DNA of 64,000 nucleotides, from IMG/VR virus record IMGVR_UViG_3300031576_000005, positions 64,001 through 128,000 of that record; one strand, written 5' to 3'. Numbering within the stretch: the first letter of the stretch is position 1; every line of letters starts with the position of its first letter. Shown here in pieces: positions 9,867 to 19,815 of the stretch. The notes below the pieces were generated by a model. It ran no database searches and was not told the origin of the DNA. It saw only the letters and a program-made list of their open reading frames with translations. Position numbers and translations under genes: made by a program. This DNA is from a virus.

Positions 9867-11567
9867 ATGCTTATAGACATCAGAACAGATTATAATTTAC
9901 TAGACTCCTTGATTAAAACTGAGGATTTGGCAAAATTTGCAAAAGAAAGTGGATGGAAATATGTTGGAATTGCCGACCTTGAAGCTGGTGGATTATTAGA
10001 TTTTTATCTTCAGTGTAAGGCCAATGATATCAAACCAATAATTGGGCTTCGTTTCTATGTTACTAATTCCTTAGAAGAATTCAGCGATTCTCAAATTATG
10101 TTATATGCTCAAAATCTTGAAGGATATCATAATCTTCTTAGATTATCAACTAAAGCTTCTTTAGGGGGTTCTGACAACGGAGGGGCTACCTTGCTAGTAG
10201 ATTGGCTAGAAGGAACGCTAGGAACGAATCTGGTGTGTTTATTGCCCATTGGAGAAAGTCCAAAGGAAGCTAAAACTATTGGTGGCGATAATGTAATTAA
10301 AAGATTGAAACAAATATATAAAAATAAACTATTTTGGGGATTGTATGATAGAGATACGGGGGGTGATGATATTTGGCTAAAAATCGCTAAAGACAATAAA
10401 ATTCCATATATTTTCCTTTCTGGTGCTAAATATTTCAAATCCGAAGACTTTAGGGCGTATAAAGTACTGCGAGCCATCAACGAAGGAAAAACTGTTGATA
10501 GAATATTTGAGGTTGTATATTTAGATGAAAGTATTGAGGTCGCGACTAAAAAGATGTATCACTATCAACACTATGAATATATGGTGAAGTTTTTATCTTT
10601 AATTGATATAGAAATTCCAACCCCCGGTTTAAAAGTCCCAAAATTTCCAATTCCCGATGGATTTAAAGATAGTTTTGAGTATTTAGCTGATTTATGCAGA
10701 GACGGATATAAGAAAAAAATATTGGAGTTCGATACTCCAGAGAAAGTGAAAGCGTGCAAAGAAAGGGTTGCTATAGAATTTGATGTTATAAAACGATGCG
10801 ATTTAGCTGATTATTTTTTGTTGGTTTATGATATTTGTCAATTTTGTTATGATAAAAAAATACCTCAAGGCTGGTCTCGTGGCTCTGTAGGAGGATGCTT
10901 GGTCGCTTTTCTAATGGACATTTCTAGAACTAATCCATTGGAATACGGACTTCTTTTTGAACGATTCTTAAATGAAGACCGAACAAAACCGGTTGAATTT
11001 AATGGCGAAAAATATTTAACCGATGCACCCGATATTGATTTAGATGTTGGTCAGATTCAACGACAGGAAGTAATTGAATTTTTACGACAGAAATACGGAA
11101 ATGTAGCTAAAATCTCTACTTATTCTACATTAAGTTCAAAAAATTGTATTAAAGATGTAATGAAAACATTCGGAAAATTTGAAAATGAAGCTGCTTATGT
11201 TGCTAAATTTGTCGAAGTTAGGTTTGGTAAAAGTGACAGTTTAGAAGAAACTTATAGTAAGTCTAGCGGATTTAAAGCCTGGGCTGATAAAAATAAAGAA
11301 ATATATGAAACGGCCTTAAAAATTGAAGATATTCGTAAAAATTGCTCAACCCACGCCGCTGGTTGTGTTGTTAGTGACCAACCAATAGAAAATTTTGCTC
11401 CGCTTCGTCTGGCAAATGCCACTAAAGACGGGGATTATAAACAAGATATTTGCATAGCTTATTCTCTTGATTATGCAGCTAAGGCCGGATTACTTAAAGT
11501 AGACATTTTGGGAATTCGGGGGTTAAATGTTTTATCTGATTGCATGGAGCTAGTGAATCATGAATGA
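9867..11567 (+). CDS. dnaE: DNA polymerase III alpha, N-terminal part (degenerate PHP plus catalytic core)
   Basis: RGSVGG, LLFERFLN, PDIDLD, STHAAG, LLKVDILG. Confidence 0.92.
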   Translation: MLIDIRTDYNLLDSLIKTEDLAKFAKESGWKYVGIADLEAGGLLDFYLQCKANDIKPIIGLRFYVTNSLEEFSDSQIMLYAQNLEGYHNLLRLSTKASLGGSDNGGATLLVDWLEGTLGTNLVCLLPIGESPKEAKTIGGDNVIKRLKQIYKNKLFWGLYDRDTGGDDIWLKIAKDNKIPYIFLSGAKYFKSEDFRAYKVLRAINEGKTVDRIFEVVYLDESIEVATKKMYHYQHYEYMVKFLSLIDIEIPTPGLKVPKFPIPDGFKDSFEYLADLCRDGYKKKILEFDTPEKVKACKERVAIEFDVIKRCDLADYFLLVYDICQFCYDKKIPQGWSRGSVGGCLVAFLMDISRTNPLEYGLLFERFLNEDRTKPVEFNGEKYLTDAPDIDLDVGQIQRQEVIEFLRQKYGNVAKISTYSTLSSKNCIKDVMKTFGKFENEAAYVAKFVEVRFGKSDSLEETYSKSSGFKAWADKNKEIYETALKIEDIRKNCSTHAAGCVVSDQPIENFAPLRLANATKDGDYKQDICIAYSLDYAAKAGLLKVDILGIRGLNVLSDCMELVNHE

Positions 11568-11811
11568 ATTTTATTCTGAAAAATCTCGACAGGCAAAAAT
11601 TAAAATATTATTTAAAGAAATATTCGAGTTATCTGAGATTTATGGTCTCGACATTTTTAAGCATGATAGTGAGTACGGGAAGTGTAGGTTGACGCCACAA
11701 ATGTTAGATTTTGTTATTAACGAGGGGCTAGATGTTGATTTAGATAAAATAAATAATAAAATAGAGAAAATTAAAGATATATTAAAGAATAATTATGAAA
11801 GCCCCAATTAA
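11560..11811 (+). CDS. Hypothetical protein inserted between the dnaE halves
   Basis: ORF overlaps both neighbours. Confidence 0.55.
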   Translation: MNEFYSEKSRQAKIKILFKEIFELSEIYGLDIFKHDSEYGKCRLTPQMLDFVINEGLDVDLDKINNKIEKIKDILKNNYESPN

Positions 11812-12592
11812 ATATTTTGGCGGCAAAGGAACTATGTACAAAGATATATTATTTCATTTTCCTTCAAACGAAACTTTTAACATATATATAGAGACATTTG
11901 GAGGTTCTGCGGCTATTTTGTTAGCCAATCCTAATTTTCCCAATGTTGAAATATATAACGATTTAGAGAAAAACGTTTATTCACTTTTTAAAGTATTGTC
12001 AAATAAAGCATTATTCCAAGAATTTAAAGAAAAATGCGATTTAACATATTATTGTAATGAAATAAGAAAAGATTTTAAATTAAGTTTAAAAAATGATGAA
12101 TTAACCTTGGTTGATAGAGCTTATAAATTTTTTATAGTTAATAGGACGTCTCATAATGGAATAGGAGGATTTTCTATTAATAATGTAATTCGACGTGGAA
12201 TGTCTAAATCTGTAAGTGATTTTCTATCATCTATAGATAGATTATCACAATTGCACGAACGACTATCTAGGGTTATTATAGAAAACCAAGACGCTTTTAA
12301 ATTGCTAGAAAAATATAATCAGCCAAATGTATTTGTTTATAGCGACCCCCCTTATCATCAAAGCACGAGAACCACCACAAGATACGATGTTGATATGAAT
12401 AATAATCAACAAAAACAATTTATTGATTTGATGTTAAATTCAAAAGCAAAAAATTTAATTAGCGGCTATCGAAATAGCGAATATGAAAGATTAGAATTAT
12501 CTGGTTGGAAAAGAATAGATTTTGAAAAACATACCGTTGATGGTAAACGACAACCAAAAACAGTCATAGAATCTCTTTGGAAAAATTATTAA
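11795..12592 (+). CDS. Dam/D12-class N6-adenine DNA methyltransferase
   Basis: PIKYFGGK, ETFGGS, YNDL, DPPY. Confidence 0.9.
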   Translation: MKAPIKYFGGKGTMYKDILFHFPSNETFNIYIETFGGSAAILLANPNFPNVEIYNDLEKNVYSLFKVLSNKALFQEFKEKCDLTYYCNEIRKDFKLSLKNDELTLVDRAYKFFIVNRTSHNGIGGFSINNVIRRGMSKSVSDFLSSIDRLSQLHERLSRVIIENQDAFKLLEKYNQPNVFVYSDPPYHQSTRTTTRYDVDMNNNQQKQFIDLMLNSKAKNLISGYRNSEYERLELSGWKRIDFEKHTVDGKRQPKTVIESLWKNY

Positions 12593-14205
12593 TGAATACT
12601 ATAGATTACATGGGGCTTAAGATTGCATTGGATGATGAAAAAACTTGGGATTATATATGCAAGGGCAGAAATTTAAAAGGTATTTTTCAATTAGAGACTG
12701 AGTCGGCTTCTAATGTTTTAAAAAAAATAAAACCTAAAAATATTAAAGACCTTTCTCTTGTAAATGCCTTAAATCGTCCGGGTTCACTAAAATTTACCGA
12801 AGAAATTTCCCTAATTAGAGATGGAAAAAAACAACCAGAATACACACACGAATGTCTTGAGCCATTTTTAAATGAAAGCTATGGATGTCTAATTTATCAA
12901 GAATCTGTTTTAAAGATTGCTCAAAAATTAGCCAACTTTAAATCAACGCAATCCAATTATTTATTAAAAGCTCTTGGTAAGAAAAATATGGACATTATGA
13001 AGGCTCAGAAAGAAGCTTTTATTAATGGAATGAAACAAAATAATTATCCAGAAGATGTCGCTACCAAATTATTTGCGTGGTTTGAAGATTTTGCAAATTA
13101 TAGCTTTAATAAAAGTCATTCGATTTCCTATAGTACAATGGGCTATATTTCCGCCTATATAAAACTTCATTATCCGTTGCAATTTTTCTGTTCTCTACTT
13201 AATTTTGCTCAATATGAACAAAAGCCATTAGATGAAATATCGGAAATTATATCAGAGCTTCCTGATTTCGGTCTAAAGATACTCCCTCCATCAATTACAA
13301 AAATATCTAACAAATTTACCATAGAAGATGGTTCTATTAGATATCCAATTGGTCTTATTAAAGGACTTGGTGATATAATTTTCGATAAGCTTAAAAGCAT
13401 TAATACCTCTCAAATTAATAGTTTAGATGGATTCTTAGAGAGTGTTTTTACGATTGGACTAAATAGTCGGAGCGTGGAATCTATTATTATTTCTGGCGGG
13501 GCTGACAATTTAAATATACCAAGAGAAGATGTGTTATTTTATTATTGGTTTTTATCAGAACTTAAACCAGATATCCTAGAAAGATTCTGGACATTTAAGA
13601 ACGGTAATCTATTCTCACAAGAATTAATATTTAAATTTCTAGAATATCGAGAACAAGTTTTCTCAAAATTAAAACAAGGAGATTTGTTTCAGCAAGATTT
13701 AATTAATAAGAAGCTAAAATATAAGAGCTATTTTAAAACCGAAACTACTCGAATCAAGACGTTAGAAAAAGTAAAAGAATATGTAGAATTAGTTAAACAT
13801 TACAAAGAAAACATCTCGTTTTCTAAGTTTTTATGGGAAACATATACATTGGGATTTAGTTATAATTGTAATTTCAGCCCCAAAATTAAAACTTTTAAAG
13901 ATTTGGATTTTCTACATGATGACACAAAGGCAAATTCTTGTGGCTTCGTTGATGAGGTAGAGTTTAAAGTTTCGGCAAAAGGGAATGATTATGCAAAGCT
14001 TAAGTTGAAATTTGACCGTAAAAGGGATATAATGTTATTTAATGACGTGTGTCAGTCTGCGAAAGGAAGAATTAAAGAAAAAAGTTTTGTTGGCTTCGGG
14101 GCGACAATGAAGAAAAGTAAGCTGAATGTTGACAGTATTAGAGTGATGGATGATGTAAGAGAAAAAATTGAATTCTATAACAAAAAGAAAAAAAATGAAG
14201 AATAA
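12592..14205 (+). CDS. dnaE: DNA polymerase III alpha, C-terminal part (fingers, HhH, OB fold)
   Basis: LDDEKTW..GIFQLE, ALNRPG, LIYQE, YSFNKSHS, IKGLG; ATG at 12592 overlaps the methylase stop. Confidence 0.9.
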   Translation: MNTIDYMGLKIALDDEKTWDYICKGRNLKGIFQLETESASNVLKKIKPKNIKDLSLVNALNRPGSLKFTEEISLIRDGKKQPEYTHECLEPFLNESYGCLIYQESVLKIAQKLANFKSTQSNYLLKALGKKNMDIMKAQKEAFINGMKQNNYPEDVATKLFAWFEDFANYSFNKSHSISYSTMGYISAYIKLHYPLQFFCSLLNFAQYEQKPLDEISEIISELPDFGLKILPPSITKISNKFTIEDGSIRYPIGLIKGLGDIIFDKLKSINTSQINSLDGFLESVFTIGLNSRSVESIIISGGADNLNIPREDVLFYYWFLSELKPDILERFWTFKNGNLFSQELIFKFLEYREQVFSKLKQGDLFQQDLINKKLKYKSYFKTETTRIKTLEKVKEYVELVKHYKENISFSKFLWETYTLGFSYNCNFSPKIKTFKDLDFLHDDTKANSCGFVDEVEFKVSAKGNDYAKLKLKFDRKRDIMLFNDVCQSAKGRIKEKSFVGFGATMKKSKLNVDSIRVMDDVREKIEFYNKKKKNEE

Positions 14206-14503
14206 TTCTTGGCATGGAAAAGGACTGATTAAAACTATTAAAACAGTAGTAATTCCCGACCCACGAGGAGACTATGAAGTAACAGATTTAACGATTTCTA
14301 TTAAAAGAACAATAAAAGGCAAGGAAAAAATAACGTTGGTGCCGATAGAAGGATGGGGCGAAATGTCGGCCTGTTGCAAATCCTTTAAAGAGGGTGATAT
14401 GGTTTTTATTGAAGGACATTTTGCTAATAAGAAATGGACTAATAAAGAAAAAGTAGACATTAGCAAGAATTTGATAGTTTTAGAGAGAATTGAAAAGGCT
14501 TAA
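14195..14503 (+). CDS. SSB-like OB-fold protein without an acidic tail
   Basis: IEGWGEMS..FKEGDMVFIEGHF..KKW pattern of the SSB family. Confidence 0.7.
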   Translation: MKNNSWHGKGLIKTIKTVVIPDPRGDYEVTDLTISIKRTIKGKEKITLVPIEGWGEMSACCKSFKEGDMVFIEGHFANKKWTNKEKVDISKNLIVLERIEKA

Positions 14504-14504
14504 A

Positions 14505-17500
14505 ATGAATAAAAAAAGAATATTATTCGTTAGTAATTTCTGTTTGGCTAATAGCGGATTCGGTAAATATCAAAAAAATTTATTATCGCGTCTTTATAAG
14601 ACTAAAAAATATGAGATTGCTGAACTTGCGTGCGGAGTTTCCGACCAAGACCCCATGACTCAGAAACTACCCTGGAAAGTTTATGGCGTCTTACCTAAAA
14701 CGCAAGAGGAAAGCATACGTTTTAATTCCGCTGATGAAAACACAAAAAGAGCGTATGCCTATGGATTATTTCGGTTTGATGAAGCTGTGTCTGACTTTAA
14801 ACCAGATATTGTTATATCCCACGAAGATGTCTGGCAAGCATCTAGCTGGTTAAAACAATCTAAGACTTGGGGTAAATTTATTCCAGTTCAATTTAATCCA
14901 TTTGACGCCGAACCAATGACAGACATATTTGTAGATTTTTTAAAAGACATTAAACATGTTTATACATATGGTAAATGGAGTCAGCAAATTGGTTTTAAAG
15001 CTAATCTTTTGCAAACTAAAGTTGCAACACTAGGAATCGACCAAAATATTTTTAAACCATTAGACGCTTTATATATAAAGCAATTAAGGATGAAGTGGGG
15101 AATTAAAGATACGGATTTTGTAGTTACGATGGTGGCTAGAAATCAAATTCGTAAGAAATATGATGCACTATTTGAGTCGTTAAATGAAATAGATAAAATA
15201 AATCCAGAATTATATAAAAATATTAAGATTCTGCCTTTCGCATTTTATCAAGACGAGCCGGGAATTAATTTTCCTAAATTTTGGAAGAGTCGCAATATAG
15301 ATGAATCAAAAATTATTACTCCTTATTTTTGTGAAGATATGAGGAATGAAAGCAGGGGTAATGGATGTAAAGCATATCACGTTGCCTCAAAGTATGAAGG
15401 CGAAGCCAAAGATTGTCCGATTTGTGGAACAAAAGGTTCTTGTCACACCCCATCTGTGATTAGTGGTTTTACCGACGAACAACTTAATGAAATTTATAAT
15501 ATTAGTGATTTATTCGTATTACCGACGACTAACGAAGGATTTTCAGTTCCAACTTGTACGACCCCAAATACAATTGTTATTGATAATAAATTCCAAGGAA
15601 AAAGAATAAAAGATATAATAATTGGTGATAAAATGATGGATTCAAATGGAAATGAAAATTTGGCTTTAGAAACTATAAAAAGAAAATATTCTGGAGATAT
15701 TTTATGTATTAAAGCCGCCGGTATACCAACAATTGAAGTCACTCCAGACCATCCGTTTTTAATAGAAAGAAATGAACAAAGAATTTTTATCGAAGCTAAG
15801 GAATTAAAATCAGGAGATAATTTATTGACTCCTATTCCGTCTAAAAATATAGATATTGAAAAAATTAAGTTAAAATCTTTTGGATTTGCTAATACCTATT
15901 TAAATACTCATATAGTCCCCAAAGATGGAAGTTTGGCAGATTTTGCTAAAAAAATTGGATATGCACCCTCCACGGTTTATAACAGTATATATAATTCTAA
16001 TAAAATTAAATCAAACGGACGACCAGTGGTTTCTAAAGAAACTTCTTCTTTAATCTTGAAAGAAGTTAATAGAAATATTTTAGAATTTAAAAAATGGGAA
16101 AATGATATTCCTGAATATTTATTTTTGAATGAAGATAATTTATTTGCTTTGGGGCTTTATGTAGCCGAGGGTTGTTGTAGCGAAGAGAATGAAGTAATGT
16201 TTACCTTTAATAAGAATGAAACAAAATATGCTGAAAAAAGCGAAAGATTATTAAAGCAAATGGGATGTTCTACGAAAATTTCTATAATAAAAAATACGTG
16301 TCGAGTTTGGGGGAGAGTAAGAGGAATTAAAAAATTTTTCCATATTTTTGGAACGTCTTGCGTTAGCAAATGTATTCCTGATTTTATTTTTAATTTGCCT
16401 CAACAAAAATTACAACATTTTTTATTAGGTTATTTTTGTGGAGATGGCTGTTTTTCCGGTAGGTATTGTGTTACAGTAAGCTTAAAATTAGCTTTTCAAA
16501 TTAGGTTTCTTTTATTGAAATGTGGATTTTTAACGAATTTCTATATTATTCAGCCCAGAAGAAATGTCGTGATAAAAGGAAAAGAATATAATTGTAAAAG
16601 ACAATATATGATATCTTTCGGAAGCCAACAATCTTTTTTGGATTTTTCTAGCTTAAAGAAAAACTCTATTTCTTCCAAAAAACATATTTTCTTTCCAAGC
16701 ATAAATAATAATTATTTATATACGCCTATTAAAAAAATAACAATAAAACAATATAATGGATATGTATACAATGTAGATACCGATAATAACTCTACCTTTT
16801 TGATTAATGGGGTTGTTTCACACAATTGTGAGGCTTTGTCTGCGGGTAAAATGGTAGCTGTAACAAATTATAGCACTTGCGCCGAATTAGCAAAAGATAG
16901 TGGCGCTGGTTTTTTATTTGATTGTTCGCTTTCAGTTGAACATGGAACCTTTTTTTATAAAGCTAACATTACTCCACGCGAAATTGCTAACCAAATAAAC
17001 AAAATTTATAATATCAAGCCAGAAGTTCGTAAAGAACTAGAAAAAAAAGCTAGGGAATATGCTGTCACTGTTCATAATTACGATAAACTAGCAAAAGATT
17101 GGGAAAATGAAATAGATGCAATGCAGGTATTAGAAAATGTTGATTGGAATACTGAGCCAGTGATTAAAAATCCAAATCCCAACGGTTTGATGCCACCTTG
17201 TTCTGATGATATATCTTGGGTCTGTGCTTTATATAAAAATATCTTAGACGCTGATGTTATTAAAGAAACAAATGGTAAGCCAATAGAAAATCAAGGCGTT
17301 CAATACTGGATGATGGAAATCCAACAAAAAAAGCGTACTAAAGAACAAATCGAAGAATATTTTAGACAAATAGCAAATGAAGATTTAAAGAAGAAAACGG
17401 TGGATATTAGGACATTACTTGACCCGCTTGATACAAAAAGAATGTTGTATGTAATGGCGGTCTCAGCCGGAGATAATTTTTTAAGTACGGCTATAGTCAA

Positions 17501-17765
17501 ATCACTTAAAGAAAAATATCCAGACCATTCTATTTATATTGCCTCGAAACCAGAATTTGAAGGTATTTGGAAAGGGAATCCAGATATTAAGAGATGGCTT
17601 CCATTTGGTGATGCTATGTTACAATATGGATGGGGGATAGATAGATGGGAAAAAGGAATTTTTGATATTGTATTAACTCCAACTATTTTGACTCAAATGA
17701 ATTCCCCGAATTGGCACAATAACGGGAAAACTGAATCTTTTTTAATTAACGGAGGTACAAAGTGA
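14505..17765 (+). CDS. Multidomain glycosyltransferase (GT4 + Zn ribbon + intein + DUF4214-like + GT9 N-half)
   Basis: SGFG, LGIDQNIFKP, VARNQIRK, EGFSVPT[intein]CEA; C-terminal SAGDNFLSTAIVKSLKEKYP. Confidence 0.85.
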   Translation: MNKKRILFVSNFCLANSGFGKYQKNLLSRLYKTKKYEIAELACGVSDQDPMTQKLPWKVYGVLPKTQEESIRFNSADENTKRAYAYGLFRFDEAVSDFKPDIVISHEDVWQASSWLKQSKTWGKFIPVQFNPFDAEPMTDIFVDFLKDIKHVYTYGKWSQQIGFKANLLQTKVATLGIDQNIFKPLDALYIKQLRMKWGIKDTDFVVTMVARNQIRKKYDALFESLNEIDKINPELYKNIKILPFAFYQDEPGINFPKFWKSRNIDESKIITPYFCEDMRNESRGNGCKAYHVASKYEGEAKDCPICGTKGSCHTPSVISGFTDEQLNEIYNISDLFVLPTTNEGFSVPTCTTPNTIVIDNKFQGKRIKDIIIGDKMMDSNGNENLALETIKRKYSGDILCIKAAGIPTIEVTPDHPFLIERNEQRIFIEAKELKSGDNLLTPIPSKNIDIEKIKLKSFGFANTYLNTHIVPKDGSLADFAKKIGYAPSTVYNSIYNSNKIKSNGRPVVSKETSSLILKEVNRNILEFKKWENDIPEYLFLNEDNLFALGLYVAEGCCSEENEVMFTFNKNETKYAEKSERLLKQMGCSTKISIIKNTCRVWGRVRGIKKFFHIFGTSCVSKCIPDFIFNLPQQKLQHFLLGYFCGDGCFSGRYCVTVSLKLAFQIRFLLLKCGFLTNFYIIQPRRNVVIKGKEYNCKRQYMISFGSQQSFLDFSSLKKNSISSKKHIFFPSINNNYLYTPIKKITIKQYNGYVYNVDTDNNSTFLINGVVSHNCEALSAGKMVAVTNYSTCAELAKDSGAGFLFDCSLSVEHGTFFYKANITPREIANQINKIYNIKPEVRKELEKKAREYAVTVHNYDKLAKDWENEIDAMQVLENVDWNTEPVIKNPNPNGLMPPCSDDISWVCALYKNILDADVIKETNGKPIENQGVQYWMMEIQQKKRTKEQIEEYFRQIANEDLKKKTVDIRTLLDPLDTKRMLYVMAVSAGDNFLSTAIVKSLKEKYPDHSIYIASKPEFEGIWKGNPDIKRWLPFGDAMLQYGWGIDRWEKGIFDIVLTPTILTQMNSPNWHNNGKTESFLINGGTK
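15555..16826 (+). mobile_element. Intein with LAGLIDADG endonuclease (424 aa)
   Basis: Starts CTTPNT, block B VTPDHPF, LGLYVAEG and FLLGYFCGDG, ends NGVVSHN followed by a +1 Cys. Confidence 0.92.
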
Positions 17766-18952
17766 GATTGATTGAAGTTTATTCCCAGTTCTGTGGCGTT
17801 AAACCCTCGGAACCCTATCTTAACGAAGAATATTATCCTGTTCCAATTTCTTCCTATGTTGTGGTCCATAATGGTTCAGGTATGCCTAGTAAGTCATACG
17901 ACAATTTTAGCGAAGTAACAAAACATATAAAAATGTCGGTCGTACAAGTTGGTGGCAAGGATGACCCATTATTAGAAAATGTGGTAGATTTGCGTGGGAA
18001 AACAACATGGGGGCAAACTTTCTATTTAATCAAAAATTCTTTATTATTCCTCGGTTGTGATAGTATTTGTAACCATATGGCCAGCGCTCTTAATATTCCT
18101 AGAATAGCCCTATTTGGAGCTACAAGCCCATTAACCTGTGGCGGATATTGGAACAAAGAAACCGCAATTGAGTTGACGCCAACCGATATGCAAGGATGTG
18201 CAGCTCCGTGCCATAATTCTCAGTGTATTCGTGCTATAAAATGTATTAATTCTATAACACCAGAATCTATTCTAGAAAAAATATCCTCAATCTTAGGTAA
18301 GGAGGCGGTCACTCCCGTAGAAATATTACATACTGGAAAGCTTACTAACACAAGTATTGTAGAATGGATTCCAATGTCAGTTAATCAAGAGACATTCAAT
18401 GTTTTTAGAATTCTACAAGGTGTTATCAGCCTGAGAGCTGATTTACATACACCAGACTTAAATGAATTATCTAATTTTTGTAATCAGACGCCACTTAAAT
18501 ATATACTTTTAATAAAACCAGGTGACTTTACCAAATTCTCAATCCACCACAGTAAAGTAGAGCAATTGTTGATTTTAGTAGACTCTTCTACTATTGCACA
18601 CGGAATTGCTTTAATGAAAGACTTGACAAAAAAGCTATATAAGGTTAGAATTATCTCAAGATTAGACCATGCTGTTTTTAATGATTTTAAGCTAGATATA
18701 ATGGATTATCCGCCAATAGCGAGACTAACAGAATATGAATATACCAAGGAAGAATGTAGTAAATTGGTTGGCCAAAACGTAGAAGTATCTAGCTTGAGAA
18801 AGATAGTTGGAAATAATGGAAAAGCATATATGACTTTTCACGATGCACTAAAAGATAAAAATTCTATTGAAATAATGAAAAATACTGCTATAATAACAAT
18901 AGAGGAAGAACACCTCAAAGAACTACAGTTTTTAACAATTAGAAAATATTAA
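17762..18952 (+). CDS. GT9 (heptosyltransferase-like) C-terminal half plus unknown domain
   Basis: VVHNGS..KSY, VDLRGKTT, FLGCDSICNHMASALNIP.IALFG. Confidence 0.8.
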   Translation: MRLIEVYSQFCGVKPSEPYLNEEYYPVPISSYVVVHNGSGMPSKSYDNFSEVTKHIKMSVVQVGGKDDPLLENVVDLRGKTTWGQTFYLIKNSLLFLGCDSICNHMASALNIPRIALFGATSPLTCGGYWNKETAIELTPTDMQGCAAPCHNSQCIRAIKCINSITPESILEKISSILGKEAVTPVEILHTGKLTNTSIVEWIPMSVNQETFNVFRILQGVISLRADLHTPDLNELSNFCNQTPLKYILLIKPGDFTKFSIHHSKVEQLLILVDSSTIAHGIALMKDLTKKLYKVRIISRLDHAVFNDFKLDIMDYPPIARLTEYEYTKEECSKLVGQNVEVSSLRKIVGNNGKAYMTFHDALKDKNSIEIMKNTAIITIEEEHLKELQFLTIRKY

Positions 18953-18953
18953 T

Positions 18954-19814
18954 ATGAGCAAAAATCAAGGTTCTGTCACTGAACCAGCTATTGGAAATGG
19001 AAAATTTACTCCAGAAGCCATTGCGTCTACCGTCAAAACAACAGACCCTCTTTATCAAGTTTTTTTAGCCGATAGTCTTATTACTGAAGGGGTTGAAAAT
19101 AATCGTATTGCGGTTAGCGTCCCATCTGACGAAAACGCTCCATACAAATGTCACTTATTAAGGAATGCTAACGGCCTACTGAATGGCGTCGAATATAAAT
19201 ATAATAAATATGGTAAGATAGATTGGGAGGCCATGTTCAATCCAGAATTATATGTATATCCAAATAACGACCCAAGCAAAAAGCCATTATTAAAAACTGA
19301 TGGATTGCTAGATTTAGCCGATATTCGTGGCGTCGAATCTAAAGAAGTGGAGGTTCGGCCAGTCTCAGAAAGTATGGTGACAGTTTGGGTAAAGATGAAA
19401 TTTATTCCAAATGTTGAAAATCCAAACGGTTTAGTTTGGGCTGGTTCAGCTGATGCTACTCCAGCTAATGTTGGGGGAAAAGGATATTCTAAATATCTTA
19501 CACCAATTGCCGAAACTAGAGCTGTTGGCCGTTGTATTCGAGGCGCTCTTAATATCCGACTTTGTACTTTCGAAGAAGTATGCAAAGATGATATAGAGGA
19601 TGAATCGGATAATAAGCGTATTTCGGACGAGGTTATTGTTGCTATTGAGCGACAAATGAAAGTTAAAGGAATTAATCAAGAAAATATAATGGTTAAAATC
19701 CATGAAAAATATCCAAATATTTCTAGTTTAAACCAGCTGTCCGTAACACAAGGACGAGCATTACTTAGTTGGGCAAACTCTCAAAGGAACGTTGAAACAA
19801 AAATAAAGGAATAA
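18954..19814 (+). CDS. Rad52/Sak-like single-strand annealing protein
   Basis: GSADAT..N...IAETRAVGRCIRGALNI. Confidence 0.6.
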   Translation: MSKNQGSVTEPAIGNGKFTPEAIASTVKTTDPLYQVFLADSLITEGVENNRIAVSVPSDENAPYKCHLLRNANGLLNGVEYKYNKYGKIDWEAMFNPELYVYPNNDPSKKPLLKTDGLLDLADIRGVESKEVEVRPVSESMVTVWVKMKFIPNVENPNGLVWAGSADATPANVGGKGYSKYLTPIAETRAVGRCIRGALNIRLCTFEEVCKDDIEDESDNKRISDEVIVAIERQMKVKGINQENIMVKIHEKYPNISSLNQLSVTQGRALLSWANSQRNVETKIKE

Positions 19815-19815
19815 T

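Noticed and set aside
11520-12640. Split intein or self-splicing intron joining the dnaE halves
   Set aside because: The terminal CMELVNHE aligns with normal DnaE sequence, the C-part has no HN-C/S/T junction, and the gap is fully occupied by overlapping ORFs.
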